Assembly: GCA_017440145.1 (NCBI GenBank)
Contig: JAFSHU010000071.1
Location: forward strand, 1-55,776
DNA length: 55,776 nucleotides
Direction of reading: 5' to 3'
Origin: Bacillota bacterium
GTDB lineage: Bacteria; Bacillota; Dehalobacteriia; UBA4068
The notes below the pieces were generated by a model that was given only the letters and a program-made list of their open reading frames with translations, did not search any database and was not told where the DNA came from. Positions 47,375 through 54,142 of this stretch are shown here, piece by piece; position 1 is the first letter of the stretch; the number at the start of each line of letters is the position of its first letter. The translations under genes were made by a program, and so were the position numbers.

Positions 47375-47403
47375 ATTATGCCAAATACTTACTCAAAAGT
47401 CAA
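47375..47403 (-). promoter_or_regulatory. tRNA operon promoter with A/T-rich UP-like tract
   Basis: On the minus strand: TTGACT (47403-47398), 17 nt, CATAAT (47380-47375). A long A/T run lies upstream at 47404-47440. Confidence 0.6.
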
Positions 47404-47432
47404 GCATTTTTTTAAAAAAAATTTATTTTTTT

Positions 47433-47876
47433 TTATTTCGACAGCATCAGATTTGCTGCGAGGCCCAACAAAAGAACGCCCGCCCCCCTTGACCAGGTCA
47501 TTTGTGTTTGCTGCAAACCAAACCAGCCGAAGCAATCCACCAGCATCGCCATAGCCAGCTGCCCCACAATGATCGCAGTGGTGGCATTTCCTGCCCCCAC
47601 CTGTGCAATGGAGAACATCACGCCGTAAATGATCGCCACATTGATCACACCCCCCAGATACAAATACCAGGGGGCCTCCCCCATCCGGCTCAGATCCCCT
47701 TTGCCCAAGCCGCATAAAAACAGAAGGATCGCCACGATCAGCAAACCTACCCCATGCAGGATAAAATTCCCCTCCAGCACACCAATGATCTTTCCCAGCG
47801 CCCCATTTAAGGAACCCTGAATTGCCATCAGCACCCCTGCGGCAGCAGCAGCTGCCAAAAAGATCCAGTTGTTCAT
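47433..47876 (-). CDS. DMT-superfamily small membrane transporter (DUF606/YdcZ-like)
   Basis: Start at the ATG at 47876 after AGAGGTAAAGGT. About 147 aa with 5 hydrophobic segments. GSLNGALG...LGGVINV...GNATT. Confidence 0.7.
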   Translation of the reverse strand: MNNWIFLAAAAAAGVLMAIQGSLNGALGKIIGVLEGNFILHGVGLLIVAILLFLCGLGKGDLSRMGEAPWYLYLGGVINVAIIYGVMFSIAQVGAGNATTAIIVGQLAMAMLVDCFGWFGLQQTQMTWSRGAGVLLLGLAANLMLSK

Positions 47877-48194
47877 ACCTTTACCTCTTTTCCGCTCCAT
47901 GCTATACTTCCTCCGGCATTGCCGGGTCGTTTTCCCTATTTTGCACAAAAAAGGACCTGTTCATGCGTAAGATTTCTCCCTATAAAGCAGGGATGAAGCG
48001 GAAAAGGACGAAAATACATAGCGAGCCAAAGTGATAATGCGGAGAAAGCTTGCTTCATAAGCGGAATCGACATCTTTTTAAAGTTTGCCCGGATTCTGGT
48101 GATGGCCAGATAGGCAGCTGATCCTGCTGCTTTTAAGGTATCCCTAAAGCTTCTGCTGAATGGCTGGCAGTACTGTCATCTTTTGGAGGTAAGC

Positions 48195-48965
48195 ATGAAA
48201 AATCCGAGCAAAAAAACCTTTATAAGGTATATGATCCGCTGGGCACTGCGTGTTCTGACCTTTTTTGCTGTGCTGTATTTCTATCTTTATGACCGGGAAA
48301 TCATCAGCTCCTTCGTGGAATTCCGCCTTTTTGGCCCGCTCACGCCTTTGCATCTGCTCTGGGGCATCCTTATGTTCGGCATGATCACCCATCTTCTGAT
48401 GCCGCACTGGGAAACCATGGGCATGCGAAAGGGGCAAAAAGAAACATATATCCCGCCGGAAGGCTCCTACGATCGTCTGGAGCTGCTGGAATATGTGCAG
48501 CAAATGAACCTGCGCGCCTGGCGTGTCCTGCTGGTCTGGCTGCTGCTGAACAGTGTTTTTGGCCTGCTCTATCTCTTTGATGTCATCGGGGATGCGGAGC
48601 TGATCCTGCTGAGCATCTTCTATTATCTCTGTGATCTCACCTGCATTCTGATGTTCTGCCCCTTCCAGACCTTCATTATGAAAAACCGCTGCTGTGTGAA
48701 CTGCCGCATTTTCGACTGGGGTCATTTCATGATGTATACGCCCCTGCTCTTCATCCGCAGCTTTTTCACCTGGAGCCTTTTCTTCACAGCCTGCATTGTC
48801 CTGATCCACTGGGAGGTGGGCTATGCCAAGCATCCGGAGCGCTACTGGTTTGGCAGCAATGCGGCGATCCGCTGCAGCAACTGCCCGGATAAGCTCTGCC
48901 GCATCAAGAAGCCCCTCCGTGAAGTCTACGATAAAAAGAAAACGGTATCATCGAAAAACAGATAA
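48195..48965 (+). CDS. polytopic membrane protein with Cys-rich motifs, unknown function
   Basis: ATG at 48195 lies 5 nt after GGAGGT. It has several TM segments and the motifs CCVNCRIFDWGH and CSNCPDKLC. Confidence 0.65.
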   Translation: MKNPSKKTFIRYMIRWALRVLTFFAVLYFYLYDREIISSFVEFRLFGPLTPLHLLWGILMFGMITHLLMPHWETMGMRKGQKETYIPPEGSYDRLELLEYVQQMNLRAWRVLLVWLLLNSVFGLLYLFDVIGDAELILLSIFYYLCDLTCILMFCPFQTFIMKNRCCVNCRIFDWGHFMMYTPLLFIRSFFTWSLFFTACIVLIHWEVGYAKHPERYWFGSNAAIRCSNCPDKLCRIKKPLREVYDKKKTVSSKNR

Positions 48966-48982
48966 AAAAAGGAGGCTTACAA

Positions 48983-49375
48983 ATGAAACGCGTATATGAT
49001 TTTCTTAAAAAATGCGGCACTTATTACCTGGCAACGATCGATGGGGATCAGGCTCGGGTACGCCCCTTTGGCACCATTGATCTTTTTGAGGGCCACCTGT
49101 ATATCCAGACCGGCAAAGTTAAGCCTGTTTCTCAGCAGATGCAGGCCAATCCGAAGATTGAGCTCTGCGCCTTTGATGGGCAGCAGTGGCTGCGGCTTTC
49201 CGCCACCGCAGTGCGGGATGAAAACATCGAGGCCAAAAAGCATATGCTGGAGCAATATCCGGAGCTGAAGGCCATGTATGATGCAGAGGATGAGAATACA
49301 GAGGTTCTCTACCTGAAAGACGCAATGGCCACCTTCTCTTCTTTCACGGCAGAGCCCGTCTGCATCGAGTTTTAG
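48983..49375 (+). CDS. pyridoxamine 5'-phosphate oxidase-like FMN-binding protein
   Basis: 130 aa with an AGGAGG RBS. YYLATIDGDQARVRPFGT...IELCAF is typical of the split-barrel family. Confidence 0.75.
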   Translation: MKRVYDFLKKCGTYYLATIDGDQARVRPFGTIDLFEGHLYIQTGKVKPVSQQMQANPKIELCAFDGQQWLRLSATAVRDENIEAKKHMLEQYPELKAMYDAEDENTEVLYLKDAMATFSSFTAEPVCIEF

Positions 49376-49405
49376 CACGTTTTCAGAGCAGCATACATAT
49401 TTGAT

Positions 49406-49447
49406 TGCAAAAAACAGCAGCCTGAGAAGGCTGCTGTTTTCTTTTTT
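49406..49447. terminator. bidirectional terminator
   Basis: AAAAAACAGCAGCC-TGAGAA-GGCTGCTGTTTTCTTTTTT lies between the convergent PNPOx-like and XRE genes. Confidence 0.8.
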
Positions 49448-49489
49448 GAAGAAAGAGCATCTCTGCCAACAAAAGCCCACGGAAAAGCG

Positions 49490-49726
49490 CTATTCCTCCT
49501 GCAGAGCTGCTTTGCGGGCATAAGGGCGGGGCTCGTCGGTCAGCTCCAGCAGATAATCGATGCTGGTTTCATGGAGGATCGCCAGCTTCAGGAGGATATG
49601 GGTGGGAATATCCACCTCACCCCGCTCATAATTGCTGTACACGCGCTGGCTGCAATTCAGATAAGCAGCCATTTTGCTTTGCGTCCAATCCTTGTCTTCC
49701 CGCAGATCCCGAATCCTGCGATACAT
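49490..49726 (-). CDS. XRE-family helix-turn-helix transcriptional regulator
   Basis: 78 aa. IRDLREDKDWTQSKMAAYLNCSQRVYSNYERGEVDIP is a classic HTH_3 sequence. Confidence 0.85.
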   Translation of the reverse strand: MYRRIRDLREDKDWTQSKMAAYLNCSQRVYSNYERGEVDIPTHILLKLAILHETSIDYLLELTDEPRPYARKAALQEE

Positions 49727-49753
49727 AGCATCACCTCAGAATAAGCATATCCC

Positions 49754-49794
49754 AGCGGAAATACCGCTATTGATTTTTAGCGAAAATATCGCTA
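49754..49794. promoter_or_regulatory. two tandem 15-bp palindromes (candidate XRE operators)
   Basis: AGCGGAAATACCGCT (49754-49768) and AGCGAAAATATCGCT (49779-49793), with centres 25 nt apart, lie in the divergent intergenic region. Confidence 0.55.
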
Positions 49795-49827
49795 AAATTA
49801 TATTGAGGTGATCTCCATGAGCTTCAT

Positions 49828-50061
49828 TTGGAAATTTTAAAACAAATTTTTCTCGAAAACCATACTGAAAAAATGCTTAAGGAAGAAAACAGTCTCCCGG
49901 AACTTCTGGAATGCAGAAGCTGCCAGGCTCTGCGGGAAATCAAGCATATTCTGGAGGACGATTCTCTCAGCGACCCGGAATGCTTTGAAAAAATAGAAGC
50001 TATCGTTTGCCTCTTTGAGGAGCTGGGAAGCGGCTGTGGAAACCGGCACGATTTCTCCTGA
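49828..50061 (+). CDS. small acidic Cys-containing hypothetical protein
   Basis: 77-aa ORF with a TTG start and no good SD. An alternative in-frame ATG at 49873 also lacks an SD. The C-terminus ends GSGCGNRHDFS. Confidence 0.45.
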   Translation: MEILKQIFLENHTEKMLKEENSLPELLECRSCQALREIKHILEDDSLSDPECFEKIEAIVCLFEELGSGCGNRHDFS

Positions 50062-50086
50062 GAAGGGAAGAAGCCAGGCTTTGCCT

Positions 50087-50115
50087 TTGACTTTTATCTG
50101 TTAAAATGGTAAAAT
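50087..50115 (+). promoter_or_regulatory. iorAB promoter
   Basis: TTGACT (50087-50092), 17 nt, TAAAAT (50110-50115). This lies about 67 nt upstream of the iorA ATG. Confidence 0.55.
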
Positions 50116-50181
50116 CAATACTGTATATTCAAGCAGCATATCAGCCGGAGGTAGCTCCGGCAGAACAAATAGGAGGTCAGT

Positions 50182-51960
50182 ATGAAAAAGCTCTTAACCG
50201 GCGATGAAGCCATCGCCCGGGGCGCGTGGGAGGCGGGCGTGCATTACGCTGCTGCTTATCCCGGTACCCCCAGCACAGAGATTTTGGAAAACCTCAGTAC
50301 TTACCCGGAAATTACGGCAGAATGGTCCAGCAACGAAAAGGTCGCATTGGAATCCGTCATCGGCGCCTCCATCGCAGGCGGCCGGGCCATTGCCTCCATG
50401 AAGCATGTCGGCGTAAACGTGGCGGCAGACCCCCTCTTCACCTTTGCCTATACCGGCGTGGGTGCGGGGACGGTCATCGTTACGGCAGATGAGCCCGGTC
50501 AGTTCTCCTCCCAGAATGAGCAGGACAACCGCTATTATGCCCTCTCCGCCAAATTGCCCATGCTGGAGCCCTCGGACAGCAGCGAATGCCTGAACATGAC
50601 CAAGGACGCCTTCTCCCTTTCCGAGCGCTTCGATGTGCCGGTGCTGCTGCGTATGACCACCCGTGTCTGCCACAGCAAATCCATCGTGGAAGTCAGCGAG
50701 CGGCAGAATGTGCCGATCAAGGGCTTTGAGCGGCAGCCGGAAAAATTCGTCATGGTTCCTGCCATGAGTCGCCTGCGCCGTGTGGTGATCGAAGACCGCA
50801 TGGCGGCGCTGAAGGATTTCAGCAATGATTGCAGCTATAACTTTATCGTGGATAACAAGAGCGACACCGGCGTGATCTGCTCCGGCGGCTGCTACTGCTA
50901 TGCCCAGGAAGTCTTTGGGGACAGAGTGTCCTACCTGAAGCTGGGCTTCACCAATCCCCTGCCGGATCAGCTCATCACGAAATTCTGCCAGGGCAAAGAA
51001 AAAATTTACGTCATCGAAGAAAACGATCCCTACATCGAACACGAAGTACAGCGTCTGGGCTTCTCTCCCCTGGGGAAAAGCGTATTCCCGGCCTATGGTG
51101 AGCTGACCCCGGATGTTCTGCGGAAATCCATCTATGGCGAGAGCCTGCCTCAGATCGAATATGAGAAAAAAGATGTGGTCAATCGCCCGCCCACACTCTG
51201 CGCCGGCTGCCCCCATCGCGGCTTCTTCATGGAGCTGGGCAAACGGACAGAGCTGATGCGCTGCGGCGATATTGGCTGCTATACCCTGAGCTTCTCCCCG
51301 CCCTACAATGCCATCGACATGACGGTCTGCATGGGCAGCGGTTTCAGTATTGCCCACGGTGCCGCAAAGGTCTTTGCCCAGACAGAGAAGCCCAGGAAAG
51401 TGGCGGCTGTGATGGGCGACAGCACCTTCTTCCACACCGGCATCAATTCCCTGCTGAACACGGCCTATAACCAGAGCCCCACCATCAACGTGATCCTGGA
51501 CAACCGCATCACCGGCATGACCGGCCACCAGGAAAATCCGGGCAGCGGCTACACCGCAAAGGGCGAGCCCACAGATGCCATCGATATTCCCGCCCTGGTA
51601 AAGGCCATGGGATTCAAGCATGTGGCGGTCATTGACCCCAACGACCTGCAGCAGGTCTCTGAGACGCTGGACAAATTCATCGCCCTGGATGAGCCCTCTG
51701 TCATCATCACCCGCTGGCCCTGCGCGCTGAAGAAATTCTCCCCCGAGGACAAGGCGGAATTCCCCGCAGCCTACAGCGAAAAATACACTGTGGACGAAGA
51801 AAAATGCATCGGCTGCAAGCTCTGCCTGAAGGCCGGCTGCCCTGCCCTTTCTGTAGATAAGAACAAAAAGAAGGCTGTTATCGACCGCATCCAGTGCCTG
51901 GGCTGCAATGTCTGCGCACAGCTCTGCCCGAAGAAAGCCATCGGTAAGGAGGTAAAATAG
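50182..51960 (+). CDS. iorA: indolepyruvate ferredoxin oxidoreductase subunit alpha
   Basis: 592 aa. N-terminus LTGDEAIARGAWEAGV, TPP-binding GDSTFFHTG, and a C-terminal 2x CxxCxxCxxxCP ferredoxin domain. Confidence 0.92.
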   Translation: MKKLLTGDEAIARGAWEAGVHYAAAYPGTPSTEILENLSTYPEITAEWSSNEKVALESVIGASIAGGRAIASMKHVGVNVAADPLFTFAYTGVGAGTVIVTADEPGQFSSQNEQDNRYYALSAKLPMLEPSDSSECLNMTKDAFSLSERFDVPVLLRMTTRVCHSKSIVEVSERQNVPIKGFERQPEKFVMVPAMSRLRRVVIEDRMAALKDFSNDCSYNFIVDNKSDTGVICSGGCYCYAQEVFGDRVSYLKLGFTNPLPDQLITKFCQGKEKIYVIEENDPYIEHEVQRLGFSPLGKSVFPAYGELTPDVLRKSIYGESLPQIEYEKKDVVNRPPTLCAGCPHRGFFMELGKRTELMRCGDIGCYTLSFSPPYNAIDMTVCMGSGFSIAHGAAKVFAQTEKPRKVAAVMGDSTFFHTGINSLLNTAYNQSPTINVILDNRITGMTGHQENPGSGYTAKGEPTDAIDIPALVKAMGFKHVAVIDPNDLQQVSETLDKFIALDEPSVIITRWPCALKKFSPEDKAEFPAAYSEKYTVDEEKCIGCKLCLKAGCPALSVDKNKKKAVIDRIQCLGCNVCAQLCPKKAIGKEVK

Positions 51961-51961
51961 C

Positions 51962-52534
51962 ATGACGACCAAAAGCGTTTTATTGGTAGGCGTAGGCGGT
52001 CAGGGAACCATCCTGGCCAGTAAGCTGTTGACCCTTGGCCTGATGGAAGCCGGGTATGATGTGAAAATGAGTGAGATCCACGGCATGAGCCAGCGCGGCG
52101 GCTCTGTTTCCTCTCAGGTGCGTTATGGGGAAAAGGTCTTTTCCCCCGTGATCGAGCTGGGTGGCGCGGATATTCTGGTCAGCTTTGAGCTGATGGAAGC
52201 CCTCCGCTGGCTGGAATACCTGAAACCCCAGGGCAAGGTCGTGGTGAACAATTACCGCATCAACCCCATGCCCGTGATCTCCGGGAAAGCGGATTACGCG
52301 GAGGATATTCTGGAGCAGCTGCAAAAAGCCACGGATGTGACGGCCATGAATGCTGCGGAGATCGCCGAGAAACTGGGCAACCCCCGGGTCATGAACATCG
52401 TCCTCCTGGGCGCCATCGTGAAAGCCATGGGTCTGGAAGAGATCGATTGGGAAAGCATCATCCGCGCCAATGTGAAGCCTGCCTTTGTGGAGATGAACAT
52501 TCAGGCGCTCAAAGCAGGTGCGGAAGCACTGTAA
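51962..52534 (+). CDS. iorB: indolepyruvate oxidoreductase subunit beta
   Basis: 190 aa. VGVGGQGTILASKLL...HGMSQRGGSV. Starts 1 nt after the iorA stop. Confidence 0.9.
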   Translation: MTTKSVLLVGVGGQGTILASKLLTLGLMEAGYDVKMSEIHGMSQRGGSVSSQVRYGEKVFSPVIELGGADILVSFELMEALRWLEYLKPQGKVVVNNYRINPMPVISGKADYAEDILEQLQKATDVTAMNAAEIAEKLGNPRVMNIVLLGAIVKAMGLEEIDWESIIRANVKPAFVEMNIQALKAGAEAL

Positions 52535-52572
52535 AGCAGAAGCTGCACAACTGAATCATCATGAATCAGCAA

Positions 52573-52629
52573 AGAGCATCTTCCCTCTTTTCCGGTCAGC
52601 AGCCGGAGCGGAGGGGGATGCTCTTTTTA
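52573..52629 (+). terminator. probable iorAB terminator (long imperfect hairpin)
   Basis: AGAGCATCTTCCCTC...GAGGGGGATGCTCT followed by TTTTTA. Confidence 0.5.
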
Positions 52630-52687
52630 TCTCCCGGCAGGCATGCTTTCGCCAGCCTCCACATACAATGCGCTGAGGTGATTCGAA

Positions 52688-53164
52688 ATGAAGAAATCGA
52701 AATGGAAAACCTATGCCTTCTGGATCCTTTTATCCGAAGCAACGGGCGCGCTCTCTGCCTGGCTGAGCAGAGGCGGCACGGAGCTTTACAGCGAGACCAT
52801 CCTGCAGCCGCCGCTCTCCCCTCCGGCCGTCCTCTTCCCCATCGTCTGGAGCATCCTCTACGCGCTGATGGGGATCGGGGCTGCCCGCATCTTTCTGGCA
52901 GAGCCTTCTCCGGCCAGAAGCCGCAGCCTGGGGCTTTTTCTGGCGCAGCTGGCTGTAAACTTTTTCTGGAGCATCATTTTCTTCAATCTGCAGGCCTTTG
53001 GCTTTGCCTTCCTGTGGATCCTCCTGCTCTGGAGCCTGATCCTGCTGATGATCCTCTCCTTCCGGCAGGTGGATCAGCTGGCGGCCCGGCTGCAGCTGCC
53101 CTATCTTTTGTGGGTAAGCTTCGCCGCTTATCTGAATTTCGGGGTCTGGCTGCTGAACCGCTGA
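52688..53164 (+). CDS. tspO: TspO/MBR tryptophan-rich sensory protein
   Basis: 158 aa with 5 TM segments. PP.VLFPIVWSILY...NFFWSIIFF...PYLLWVSFAAYLN. Confidence 0.85.
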   Translation: MKKSKWKTYAFWILLSEATGALSAWLSRGGTELYSETILQPPLSPPAVLFPIVWSILYALMGIGAARIFLAEPSPARSRSLGLFLAQLAVNFFWSIIFFNLQAFGFAFLWILLLWSLILLMILSFRQVDQLAARLQLPYLLWVSFAAYLNFGVWLLNR

Positions 53165-53189
53165 AGCCAAAAGCCCACCACAAAAGCAC

Positions 53190-53228
53190 AAAAAGAGCCA
53201 ATATACAAGGGTATATCGGCTCTTTTTT
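53190..53228. terminator. bidirectional terminator
   Basis: AAAAAGAGCCAATATAC-loop-GTATATCGGCTCTTTTTT (one mismatch) lies between the convergent tspO and Zn-ribbon genes. Confidence 0.7.
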
Positions 53229-53237
53229 ACTGTTTGC

Positions 53238-53528
53238 TTATCCCATTATGGCTTCGTCATCAAATTCCAGCCAATGGCCGCATTTCGGGCAGCGGCAATC
53301 CGCCTTCCCGGACCAACGGATGATGGCCTTTTCCGGGATCCCCTTGGTATTCCCGCAATAGGGACAACGCAGCATGCGATAGCGAATAAAAGCAAAGGCT
53401 CCCACGGGAATAGCGCCTACCAGCATAGACCAGCCCAGAGGCATATCTGCACTATACATGAACCAAAGGACAAAGGCAACGATACAGAGGATGGATACCC
53501 GTGCCCAGATTCGTTTCAGCTTCTTCAT
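53238..53528 (-). CDS. two-TM membrane protein with C-terminal zinc ribbon
   Basis: Start at the ATG at 53528 (MKKLKRIW). Two hydrophobic helices followed by CPYCGN...CRCPKCGHWL. Confidence 0.6.
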   Translation of the reverse strand: MKKLKRIWARVSILCIVAFVLWFMYSADMPLGWSMLVGAIPVGAFAFIRYRMLRCPYCGNTKGIPEKAIIRWSGKADCRCPKCGHWLEFDDEAIMG

Positions 53529-53614
53529 AAGCTCCTCCTGGAAAATCAATCTAACTTGTTTATTATAGCAAAATCCTGTTTTTCTGACAAGGGAAAAGAT
53601 ACGCAGGCGCCGCC

Positions 53615-53660
53615 GGAGAAAAAGAAAAGAAGCAGAGATCCAGTCCTCTGCTTCTTTTTG
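53615..53660 (-). terminator. rpsO terminator
   Basis: AGAAGCAGAG-8 nt-CTCTGCTTCT. On the minus strand it is followed by TTTTCTTTTTCT. Confidence 0.75.
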
Positions 53661-53722
53661 GGTAAATAAAATTCTTTCCTATGAAACTGACGGCCTTACA
53701 GCCGGGAAAGAGCTGGGTGAAA

Positions 53723-53992
53723 TTAGCGGCGCAGACCCAGACGGGTGATGATGCTGCGATAACGATCGATGTCGTTTTTCTTCAGGTAGTTCAGCAGAGA
53801 ACGACGACGGCCGATCATCTTCAGCAGGCCCTGACGGCTATGGAAGTCTTTCTTGTGGACTTTCAGGTGTTCGGTCAGGTGAGCGATCTCATGGCTCAGG
53901 ATGGCGATCTGAACTTCGGGGGAACCGGTATCGCTTTCATGGGTGCGATACTGCTCGATGATGGCCTGTTTGGTCTCAGTAGACATAGACAT
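53723..53992 (-). CDS. rpsO: 30S ribosomal protein S15
   Basis: 89 aa. [48 protein letters not shown]. Confidence 0.95.
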   Translation of the reverse strand: MSMSTETKQAIIEQYRTHESDTGSPEVQIAILSHEIAHLTEHLKVHKKDFHSRQGLLKMIGRRRSLLNYLKKNDIDRYRSIITRLGLRR

Positions 53993-54090
53993 AGGTAAAT
54001 CCTCCTAAAATTTTGATAATCGCCCGCAACCAAGAAGGCGTTGGAGTTTCGCGTTTCTGAGAAGCGGGTTAAATCGGGGTAAGCCCGAAC
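53993..54090 (-). promoter_or_regulatory. structured rpsO 5' leader (candidate S15 autoregulatory element)
   Basis: About 100-nt leader with complementary segments CGGGCTTACCCCG and ACCCGC...GCGGGC. S15 leaders are known to be autoregulatory, but I could not match the fold by eye. Confidence 0.3.
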
Positions 54091-54096
54091 AGAGAT

Positions 54097-54125
54097 ATTA
54101 TACACAAATTTGCCGTTCTTGGCAA
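54097..54125 (-). promoter_or_regulatory. rpsO promoter (extended -10)
   Basis: On the minus strand: TTGCCA (54125-54120), 17 nt, TATAAT (54102-54097), with TG at the extended -10 position. Confidence 0.6.
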
Positions 54126-54142
54126 GCTTTTCTTTTATAAAA

